Assembly: GCA_051294375.1 (NCBI GenBank)
Contig: CM119269.1
Span: 19,458,307-19,504,823 of the forward strand
DNA from: Paraspadella gotoi
Taxonomy: Eukaryota; Animalia; Chaetognatha
DNA length: 46,517 nt
Direction of reading: 5' to 3'
Below, in pieces: positions 1 through 11,135 of this stretch. The translations under genes were made by a program, and so were the position numbers. The number at the start of each line of letters is the position of its first letter. The stretch's first letter is position 1. Under the pieces are notes generated by a model. It worked only from the letters and a program-made list of their open reading frames with translations, made no database searches and was not told the origin of the DNA.

Positions 1-1950
1 CCCGCCAAAGACTATCACCCCTTCAAAATATTTTTGTTTATGCAAATTCGCGGGATTTCACGCGGATGTAATGGCGAAGAAATTGGTTTGGAATCACACC
101 GCCGTGTTTGGGTTACGAGCGGAAGGGAAGGGGTGAAAAAGATGGGAGAAGAACGGGTGCGAATAGGAACTGAAGAGAGGGAGAGAGAGTGAGAGAGAGA
201 GGGTGTAAAACACTATATAGACGAAGAAAGAAGAAAAGATCTTCGATGGTGATTGAATGGAAAGTAGGGGAGAAAAGGAAACGTTAAATAAGAAATAACA
301 CAAAACACCAAAAACACGTTAAAATGGTTGAGGAGAATTGAATTAACAAATCAATTTAAAATACAGTTAGTAGTGAGAAGTAGTAAGAAGGCCAATTAAT
401 AATTATATTTATTGAACTAATCATTACTTAAACATGAGACTAGAAATCTACATAAGTTGGTTGTTTATTTGCCCCATAAATCTTAAAAGTTATCTTTTTC
501 TGCTGTCGCGCAAGTTTTTTTCTACGAAGAAGTATTCGTCATCTGAGTTTGGGTCATCCTTTGTCATTATCGTCGGTCTTCGTTGTTGCGACCTTTGTTA
601 TTGTAATCCTTCTCTGTCGTCAAACTAAGCAATGACGCGACTTTTCCCCGGAGAGTAATAACGAAAAGAAAAGAAAGGAAAATGGAGGAACAGAGAGAGA
701 TCCTTTTTTTTAGAAGGACGGGACTGAAAAACATTTCAGTTGGCAAGAGGAGAAAAAAAAAAAGAAATTCCTCCAGGCTGAAGGGGAAGTATTAAGTAAT
801 AAAAATATTTAAAGTTATTAATAAATGACATCTCAACCGATATACGGACGGACGGACGGCAGAAGCATTTCATNNNNNNNNNNNNNNNNNNNNNNNNNNN
901 NNNNNNNNNNNNNNNNNNNNNNNNNNNNNNNNNNNNNNNNNNNNNNNNNNNNNNNNNNNNNNNNNNNNNNNNNNNNNNNNNNNNNNNNNNNNNNNNNNNN
1001 NNNNNNNNNNNNNNNNNNNNNNNNNNNNNNNNNNNNNNNNNNNNNNNNNNNNNNNNNNNNNNNNNNNNNNNNNNNNNNNNNNNNNNNNNNNNNNNNNNNN
1101 NNNNNNNNNNNNNNNNNNNNNNNNNNNNNNNNNNCGCCCCGAAAAAAAAGTAGGGACGCTAGGATCACTGGAACTGGAAACGACTTAGGGAAGGCTTAAG
1201 AAGAACCCAAAAAGCCAAGAATAAAAAATAATAAGGAAGAAAAAAAAGAGCTGAAAGTACAACGACGCTTGACTGTTTGACTGGGGTAGTACTGACGTAC
1301 GACATGGTGGAAGTACTGATTCTGAACCATACTCGACTACGATATATAATTAGAATACTCATGACTTACTGAAAGTAGTGAAATATTATTAAAATGACCG
1401 CCGAATTCATCGGTTGACCAAAATTATCGCTTGAAGATGCGTCGTTACGCATGTAGAAAAAGAACGTCGCAAATAACATCGCAAATGCGTCGAGAGACGA
1501 GACGCGATGAATTCGAATCGCGATCGACGAAGATTTAAAGAGATTCTTTTCAGTTGGGATGCGTCGTTTGGGACTTTGATTTAAAGCTGGTAGTAAGTAT
1601 TAAGTTAAGTTAGTAGACATCGTTGTTGGAAAAAGGTTCAAAAAAAATTAAAAAGTAAAAACAATCAAAAGCCTGACTTTTCCTGCATTTATAATTTAAG
1701 AAGGAGTCATAATAGATTACTACATATGGGTCCATGGATATGAAAAGCTTATTAGCGAGACGAAAAATAAATTTGTAAGTTGTTGAATAATTATTTCTAA
1801 ACTTAACAGAGAAACTTATAGCATACGTAAAATTTACACTTCAGAAAAAAAAGTGAAAGGACTCTTTTTTTTCGTCTCTTCTGTTGATGAGCGTTCTTGA
1901 CCTCAATCACTTTTAAGTACAATTCACGTGTGAAACACACTCTGTCTCAC

Positions 1951-1991
<41 letters not shown>

Positions 1992-3622
1992 TTCCTCTCT
2001 TCTCTCTCCTCTCTCTCTTGCTCTCTTCCTCCTTTGGCACAGGTCGATCCGTTTTTTTTCATTTTCGCATTAATTCTTAAAATAAACTCTTCAGGCGGAA
2101 AACATCTCTGGCTTTTTGGTCGGGCGGATTCGAACGTTTGCTCGAAGATCAGTTGACCCGTTTTTTGAAAATGGAAAAAAATAGTTTGTTGTTTGTTTGA
2201 ATAGTGAGGAAGTTGAAGCGAGTACTGGAGATAGGAGGTAGAAAATGAGAGCGAGAGAGAAGAGAGAGAGCGCGAGACGAGAGAGGGGGGGGACGGTAGA
2301 AGGGAAAGGCGGGTGCGAAGGAGGGGAGTCGTCGAGGTGGGGAGAGGGAGGGAGAGAGGAGAGAGACTGAGAAGGGACGAGAGGAAGAGAGAGGTTAGAG
2401 AGAGAAGAGAGAGAAAAGAAAGAACATCGGAAAAGTTGTTCGGCAATTCATCGGTTCTGAAGTCCCGACAGAGGGGGGGGAGAGTATTTCCCGCCCTGCG
2501 GCAATTGTCTCTTCGAGGGAAAAACGGCACCGGGCGGGTCATTTTCCGGTGTTAGGAAAGGGAATTTTATTTCTTCCTGAGGATGAGGCGAGCAGAATGT
2601 TTTTTCCATAAAAGGAAAGTGGAGAAGTCAAGGAGGGAAGAGAGGATGAATAGAGAGAGAGGATGCGAGGGGGCAGAGGAGAGAGAAGGGACAGAGGAAG
2701 AGGAGAAGGGAGAGGAGGGGGGGGCAGGGGGAGGAGGAAGAGATGAGAGAGAGAGAGACGAGGAGAGAAGAGAGAGAAGAGGAGAGAGAGGAATAGAAAA
2801 GAGAGAGAGAGAAGAGCAGAGAGGAGAGAAGAGAGAGAAGAGAGAGAGAGAGGGAACGGAGAGAAGGAGAAAGAGAGAGAGAGAGAGAGAGAGGGTTTGA
2901 CGAACGCGTCTCAAATCGGGCAATAAAACTAGAAAGCGTCAATTGAAGGTCAACATTTGGAAAGAACGACGACGGAAACGACGACGATAAAAGCGACGAT
3001 TCCGCCGACGACCACGACGAAGGAAATCAACGCTGACAAGACGATGTCGACTAAGTAAAAACTTAGTAATCAATTAGTAATCAATTTATAATTACGAAAT
3101 GCATTCATACTATTCAATTTGTAATTTAAGAAAATTTTCAAAATAATCGACGATCAACTTTGGATATTGCTCTCAGATTTGTAATATAGTAATATATAAT
3201 AATATATAGTAATATAAGATTAATTTATTGACTTTGTGATTACGTACATTATCATAGGTCAGTTATGTTAAGTTAGTGGAAAATTATTTTCTCATAAAGG
3301 TGACAAACGCTTCGAATAATTTTTTTTATCGCTTCATTCTGAAAAAAAGATAAGAAAAAAAGTAAAAGATTAAAAAAAAAGAAAAAAAAACGAAGCTTCG
3401 ACTTTTCTCTGCGGCGCCTCAGGTCGAAAAAGATTAGCCCGTCAGGACAGAGGATAAAGATCGTTATAGGACAAGACCTCCGGAGGGACAAAGACAAAGC
3501 TTGGAGCGGGTCAAGGAAAGAGAAACGGGTCAAGGACTAGAAACAACGTCTTTTTGAGGTTGTGGGAAATATTAAAAAAAATAATTATGTGTTTTTTTCC
3601 TTTCTGTTTCGTTGTGATTTGA

Positions 3623-3769
3623 TTTAGAACAAAGTTTGAAGAGAGATTTAACAACGATTTTTATTTCATAGTGAAACGGACATGTTTCGACTCGCAGCCG
3701 AGTTTTCTTCAGCGCCAATTCAATGAAATAAAAATCGTTGTTAAATCTCTCTTCAAACTTTGTTCTAAA
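3623..3769. repeat. Perfect 47-bp inverted repeat (3623-3669 / 3723-3769) with 53-bp spacer; foldback or mobile-element remnant
   Basis: tttagaacaaagtttgaagagagatttaacaacgatttttatttcat is the exact reverse complement of atgaaataaaaatcgttgttaaatctctcttcaaactttgttctaaa (checked base by base). Confidence 0.95.
3672..3722 (-). ncRNA. Minimal type I hammerhead ribozyme motif (Penelope-like element type), possibly degenerate
   Basis: Minus strand: GGCG CUGAAGA AA ACUCG-gcug-CGAGU C GAA AC-AU-GU C| CGUU. Conserved CUGANGA and GAAA boxes, 5-bp stem II, palindromic ACAUGU stem III, GUC cleavage triplet (3681-3679), stem I GGCG/CGUU. A.C mismatch at the base of stem II. Confidence 0.72.
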
Positions 3770-4495
3770 AAATAAATAATAATCGATTAATAAAAAAAAT
3801 TAATGTTTAATTTTTAAATAATTTGTTATTTTTCTTTCTTCTCGTTGGTGTAAATTTAAACAAGAGAAAAGAATGATTTTCGCAACGAATTTTTTGTTTT
3901 TAATTTAATAGTATTCTATTCATCGTCAGTGCAAAACAATCAATCTTTTCTCTTAATAATAATTAAAAATAAAAAAAATAATTACTAAATAATCCGATTA
4001 ATCTCATCTGACATCGACAATGAACGAAAAGTGAAGAGTAGGAGCCGTCGCGACGGGACAAAACCAAAGGTATCCAACGACCAAAAAAAAAAAAAAATCC
4101 ATCTTCGGACGTGGACAAGTTTTGACGGGGCAAGTGAAAAGCTGTCTGGAGACGAGGACAACGGCCCCACCGAGAGAAAAATGACGAAGACCCTCGGGGG
4201 AAAACTCAGCCTTTTATTAAAGTTTGTTTTTGGGAGAGGGAGTCGAGGGAGAGGGAGAAGGAGAAGGAAGAGGGGAGAGAGGAGAGGGAGAAGGAAAGTA
4301 GAGCGAAAGTAGAGCGAAAAGAAGAGAATGGGAGAATAGAGAAGCGAAAGAAGGAAGGAAAGTTTCAAAGGGAAGGTGAAAAAGGATGAGAGAAAAGAAG
4401 TTTAAAAAAGGTTAAACAATAAAGATAGAGGAAAGAAAAGAATGTATCAAAAGAAAATTAATTATTGTCTTTGGAGTGAAGGGGACTAAACTCTG

Positions 4496-4580
4496 ACGAC
4501 GATGGCAATGACAAAGACTGCAACTAACCATGATGACGATGGCAATGACAAAGACTGCAACTGACAATGATGACGATGAC
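4496..4580. repeat. 37-bp tandem duplication (about 2.3 copies)
   Basis: gacgatggcaatgacaaagactgcaact(a/g)... occurs twice in tandem. Confidence 0.85.
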
Positions 4581-5330
4581 AGAGATGGCAACTATAGACT
4601 GTAGAGGCGACAACAATCTCTAAAACGAAAAGCGGATAAAAGCGACGAAAGCGACGACGACGATGACGACGACCGTAGGTGATTTCCGACGATTTAGACA
4701 AAAAAAAAAAAAACCAGAAAAAAAAACAACAACAACACACACACACAAAAAAAACAAAACAGAAAATCAAAATTCGTTGGACCGAAAGAAAAGAGTTGAT
4801 TCTACTCATTTGATGTTAAAAAAAAGGAAGATCGCGCGGAAGAAGTGGGCAGGAGAAAGAGGAGAAGAGAATGTGAGATAGTAGAGGTAGGAAATAGGAG
4901 TATGAAAATGAAGGAAATATAAAAATCAGAAATCACAAGGAAAAAAAAAATTAAAAAGATACGTTTTACGTGTGGGTAGGATTGGTGAAATAAAGAACAG
5001 TCCAAATAGGGGAGAAAGTAGATACAGGGAATTTGGTGTTCCGTCCGAGTAGGTCCCACAGCATGGGTGGTCCATGGGCCATATTTCCTCCTCTGGGGGT
5101 GACGCCATCCCTAAGGAGAATGCCGCGCTCCCCTAGGGCTACCTCGCTCTCCCCCAGGGGATGGGTGAGGCGCGAAAACGACGGCCTCGTTTCGGGAAAT
5201 TGCCTTCGGAATTTCGCGAGAAGGTGAATGAGGCCACGGGTAAGAACATGATGGGGAAAATGGGCACTGAGTAGAGCAGTGATAGCCTCATAAAAAAGAA
5301 TAGAGCGCATGAACGGAGAGAGAAAGAGAG

Positions 5331-5363
<33 letters not shown>

Positions 5364-5916
5364 TGAGAGAGAGAGAGACAGAGAGAAGGAGAAAGAGAGG
5401 AAGGAGAGAGAGAGAGAGAGAGAGGGAGGGTAGGAACGACAGTTTTATTAGTCGATAGCGTCATTTGATTCTAAAAAAAAGTGAAAGCGTTTGAAGAGAA
5501 GAACGAAAAAGCAAGAAATAAAAAGAAATAAAATTTTCTCAAGAGATCAAAATAACAAAAGGGAAAAAGGAAGAAGAGGATGAGCCAAGAAAGCGCAGCG
5601 ATAATCCTTTCGCTCGACAAGAATTTCATTCAATGTTTTGTCATCTTAACTTGTGTCGTTCAATAAATAGCTAAACAATCGTACTTCTAAGGCCTTAATA
5701 TTTTTGCTGATATTTATCAAAAATTGTATTGCTTTTATAAGTCCAAACAAAATTCGTATTTTCCCCGTTTGTGTTTGTTTAATTGATTAAAATATCTTCA
5801 TTTTATATCCCTAAAAATAATATATTTAAAAAAGAATAACAAAAGTAAACAAAAAAGAATAGACATTCCCTATCTCTATTCAGTGAACACGTTCCGAGTC
5901 CCTCCGCTCCATTTAC

Positions 5917-6075
5917 CTTGATCACATCCTGGTTGCTCCAGTTCCAATATGGCCGCTCCCCGTAGGACATCACTTCCCACATGACGATCCCGAAACTCCA
6001 AACGTCGGAGGCCGAAGTGAACTTTCGATAGGCGATTGCTTCGGGTGCTGTCCACCGCACAGGGATTTTCCCGCC
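5917..6075 (-). CDS. Eph: Eph exon: kinase subdomains VIII-X
   Basis: Acceptor ctattcag|; [53 protein letters not shown]; donor AAG|GTAAAT (159 nt). Confidence 0.96.
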
Positions 6076-6205
6076 CTGAATAGAAAGAAAGAATAAATGT
6101 ATGAATGGATAAATTAATTAACGAAAAAGAGTTATTGGATAATTCCAATAATACTCATTAAGAAATTATGGAATGAATGGATGAATGAAACGATGTATAT
6201 TGAAT

Positions 6206-6280
<75 letters not shown>

Positions 6281-7072
6281 CCACAGCCAATTTTGCATGA
6301 GAGGGAAGGGAATAGTTTTATTGACTGACATAGAAAAAAATTCCAAAAAAAGGAGAAAAACAAAGTAAATCAACGAAGAACAAAATTTTCTCCATTTTCT
6401 TTTTTTTTTTTCATTTTTCCTGTGTCAAAAAAGATTTCCTTTCCTTCTTCATTCTTGTTACTCAATGTTTCATGTCTTTCATGTTTCATGTTTCATGTTT
6501 CATGTTTCATGTCTTTCTTGCTTTTCTTGTCTCTTCTCGCGCCTTAAATATTTCAATTTTTTTCATCTTTTGGACCCCCTACTTTTAATTATCCTAGGTT
6601 TATTACATATATTTTTTTTCTTTCTTTTATTTTTCCTTCCTTCCTTTTTCTCCTCCCTTCGCTCCTCCCTTCCTTCCAATCTCTTCTTTCTTCCTTCAAT
6701 TCTGAATTCGTGCGTATTGGACTTCGCTTCCTTCTGTTTTTCTTACCCCCCCCNNNNNNNNNNNNNNNNNNNNNNNNNNNNNNNNNNNNNNNNNNNNNNN
6801 NNNNNNNNNNNNNNNNNNNNNNNNNNNNNNNNNNNNNNNNNNNNNNNNNNNNNNNNNNNNNNNNNNNNNNNNNNNNNNNNNNNNNNNNNNNNNNNNNNNN
6901 NNNNNNNNNNNNNNNNNNNCTCTCTCTCTCTCTCTCCGCTTTAACTTCCTTGGTTGACATCGGTTCTATGAAATCATTTTTTCCCGTCATCGTCTTTGTC
7001 ATCGTCGTCGTCATTGTCGTCGTCATGGACTTTGCTTTCGTCATTCTCGTCTTTATTTCCGACGACGTATGC

Positions 7073-7103
<31 letters not shown>

Positions 7104-10100
7104 CCCGGCCGCTGAGTTTTTTGGCCAAACCAGAAGCGACGCTAAAAATAAACCGCAGCAGGGGGCGTTGAGTTCGAGGGTGAGTGGGTGGGTGAGTGCG
7201 AGGTTGAGTGGGTTGATCGTTGCAAGGATTGAGCTGGGATCGCGTTGGGAATCGTTCGAAGAAAAAAACAGATTTCAAACTAGGGAACAGTAAAGAAGAC
7301 CTGGATAGACCTTTTATTTAATAAAATTGTATAATTGGATAAATAAAATTATATAATTATTTTAATCTAGTGCCTCTTTACTATAGTATGATAAAAAAAA
7401 AAGTACAATTGACATTGGTCAGGTCAATGATCTGAGAGCATGACTCTTTGCCGATGTTTGAAGATTCTTTTAAATCACAAATTCTGACGAAGAAATTGAC
7501 GAAGGCTTTAAAGGAGGAAAGGCAGGTCTGTGACATTGGATAGGAAGTGGGAAAGAGGAAGGGGGGCGGAGGAAAAAATAAGGACGGCGTCAAAAATCTC
7601 CAGACGCGAACGAGGAAATAGAGAATCCTTGAAGCAGGACATATGGTGCTTTGGGTGAAGGAAGTTGACCTTCGAGAGGTGAGGGGAGAAAAGAGGAGAA
7701 ATCATTGGAGAGGAGGAAAGGAGGAAAGAAAAGAGAAAAGGGGAGAAAAAATTCGGCTAAATTAAAAAGAAAAATTTTAGTTTTCTAAAAAAAGTACAAA
7801 GAAGTAAATGATTAATTTAGATTGACGTACAGGATGAGGCGGGAGAGAATATTGTCAAGGTAATTTTAAAAAAGAGGGACAAAAAGAATCAAGAGTGTAG
7901 ACATTTTTTTTTTTGAGTGGTTTAAAATATAAAAATGACAAACTTTGAAGTTCGTGGGAGTTTAAGCAGCTCATCGCTATAAAAAAAGATGCTTTTTTCT
8001 TTGGGAAAAGAATAATATAAAGGCGACCGACCCACTCGACTCTATAGAGACCAAAAAAAAAATTCTTAGGGTCAGCTCTGCTTCTAGGAAAAACTCTCTT
8101 GTCCACAGCGTCAACTGTTTTGACCTAAAATTTTTTTATAAATGTTTTATGACTTCAAGTTTGAGAGAGAAGAAGGCAGACGCGGGGGGGGGGGATGTCA
8201 CGGAAGAGTGAGAGCGAGGGAGAAGTGAGAATTGAGGGTCGGAGTGGAAAGGAGGCGGAGCCATGTTTCCGCTTTGTTGTGACGTTGACGTTTTGATCGA
8301 CGTCACGACGGGACAACGTCATCGATTCCCTGGTTTTGGCGCGCGCAGCTTTTGGCGCGTGGGTTTCGATGCTGCAGTTTGCAACGGAATTTGTAGCGCG
8401 GATTTTCTTTGGGGGATGAAGCGACCTCAGTTTTGTAATGAGTTAGAGAAAAAGGGCAATCTGTTATGAAGTGACTTACAAAGCAAAGGAAGGGAGGGAT
8501 TAAAATGACTAACATTGATAAAAGTATGAATATTAAGTACAAAACTGTTTTGTTAAAAAATTCCAAATCTTAAAATCCTAAACCTATTGGGTGTTTTCTT
8601 TCTCTTTCATCGCGTTTTGAGATTTAGAAAGTTTTAAATAAATTTTCCGGCAACGATAATTGAATTTTATTTTTGCAAAATTCATCGGTGATTCAATGGA
8701 CTTTGCACCTTAATAATGGTCGTGTCAAACAAAGTACTATATTGGCCGTTGGGGCATCTATCTGAATGACTTAGCTAGCGAGGTTTCGCTTCCGTCTTCC
8801 CCGAAAAATTGTTGGCGATCCACTGACAGGTTTTTAATATTCAAAGACGAATAAAGGGAAAAGAATAAGGATGAGGAGGAGGGGAGAGCTAAGAAGAGAG
8901 ATTAAAGAAGAAAAAACTAAGAAAATATAAAAGAAAACATAAAAGTCTCGAAATTCTCAAAACACAAATAATAAAAAGGAGATAAAAACAAATAAATAAA
9001 TGGAGTTTATAAAGAGGATAGAGATAAAAAATTGTCTAACTCTAAGATTGATTCTTACTTTATTATCCTTCTTCGATCTCTCTCTCTTTCTCTCTCCCTC
9101 TCTCTTTCTCTCTCTTGCTCTCTCTCTCTCTCTCTCTCTCTCNNNNNNNNNNNNNNNNNNNNNNNNNAATATCGATAATAATTTAACAGTATTATGAATT
9201 TGAATGACATTTGTGGTATGTTGATGTCCTGCCTTGAGTATTAATGATAATGAATAAGTAAATAATGAATAATAATGAGATAATTATGGAAATTGATTAT
9301 GTTAATTCGCATTAGACTCGAAAAAAAAGAAAACGCTTTTGCTTTGAAACTGGAGCTGCAAAAGTTTTACTTTTCGCTTAAATTTGGTGCTGATGAATAC
9401 TGAGAATAAAAAAAAAAATCATCAAAAGAATATCGCCCACGCCGTCATTAACACGCGGCGGCGGCAACCGCTCTGCCTATGGATGTTTGCGAACGCGCGC
9501 AGTGTTTCCTTCCCGACGCCATTTTATGGCAGAAGCGCGGATTTGTTTGCGCTCCCAAAGTTTCGTGAGAGAGAAGAAGGCAGTCGGAAGAGCGTGGAGG
9601 GGTGAAGTTTTTCTAGAACTCTTAAGAATTTCGGGTTTCGACGTCAACGGAAATGAAAAAAGACGCCGAGTTTCTTGCGGGTGCGATCGGAAGAAGGAAA
9701 GGAAGAGAGAGAGGAGAGAGAAGAGAGAGAGAGAGATTGGGAGTAATAATAGAGATGAAGCGTTGTATATATGAAGATGAGTATTATTTTTCAGTTTGTC
9801 ATTTTCAACGGTCACAAAAGACACCTTTCACAGCATGGGTGCGACATTCCTCCGCATCAATCCTCCTTCTTCCGAGACATTCGTCACCGCAATATTATCG
9901 CCTCCATTGTAGTATTCACTTCTCCGCCTATATACATTTCACGCGGTCCCAGAACGAATGAAGAATGGCAGTCAGAAAAACGAAATATGGTCCGATTTAT
10001 AAACCGTGTTTCATGAGCCGAAGGGAATACATTTCTTTTTTTTCTTCTTATATCCCCGTCCCAGCTTTGTTCTCCGCCCATTTTTACCCTCTTAAAGATT

Positions 10101-10351
10101 GCATACTAGTATGTTCATGTTACTTTTGTATTTATCCCTTATGGATATTTATTAAAATTTTACCATTAGTATCTATACACCGGTCCTGTCAGCAGTAAGT
10201 GTAAGCCTTTATCAACATTTTCCCTCGCACCTCCCTGAACTTCCCTTTTATCTATTTGTGATTCTGTTTCTTACCTGTTATGTTTTGTGATGGTCTTTCT
10301 ACGCGCACCTTCTAAGTTCGCACAGCTCTCATATCTCTTTCTCTCTCTATG

Positions 10352-10412
<61 letters not shown>

Positions 10413-11058
10413 CTGGCTTTCTAAGAATTGACGGACGAGATAACCAAAAAAAAAAATAAAAAGTCACTCAAAAATAATCCTTAATTAAGTCATTAATTAT
10501 AAATTAAAAATTAATAATTTATAAAGAAGGAAATAGGCTTATTTAATTAAGTGATTATTCTTTCTCTATATGGATTGTCGAAAAATCTTTCGTCCGCCAT
10601 CTTGTCGCATCGATCTCAGTGAAAAAAGTTTGTTTTAGTGACGAGAGTTTTTTTGTTTTTGTCCGTCTTGTTTCGAGGCGACGCCAAACCAGAATCGATT
10701 TATCTGCTCTCTCGCTCTCTCGCTTTTTTCCTTTCCTCTGTATTCTCCGTCAGGGTGCCTTTTTGTCTCTCCTCTCTCTCTCTCTCTCCTTACTACTTTA
10801 CTTACATCAATATTTGCTATTTCTTTATTTCCTGTTAAGAGTCTACCAGACTGTTACTGGTCTGTATTTTCTATTCATTCCCGCCTTGATTACTAATTAT
10901 CTCGCCGGTTTTATCTAGATGCCTACTTCTTTGAAATGCAAAACCAAATAAACACAACCTCTCGATGTGATGGATGATCATCAACAAATATATTATCAAT
11001 AAAAAAATAGAAAATTTTACATCGAGGCGATACAACCCGGGAATTGACACCAATTGTT

Positions 11059-11089
<31 letters not shown>

Positions 11090-11093
11090 ATAT

Positions 11094-11135
<42 letters not shown>

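Noticed and set aside
825-1199. ORFs spanning N runs (874-1134, 6754-6919, 19656-19921, 36995-37144, 37748-37974, 38997-39122, 40472-40676)
   Set aside because: Open only because the unknown bases contain no stops. The gaps could hide small exons, but nothing can be called.
1913-2942. Long ORFs rich in ER/RE or SL/LS (also near 21200, 24350, 26200, 41300, 43200 and 44150)
   Set aside because: They are translations of GA/CT microsatellites, with no domain signal or splice context.
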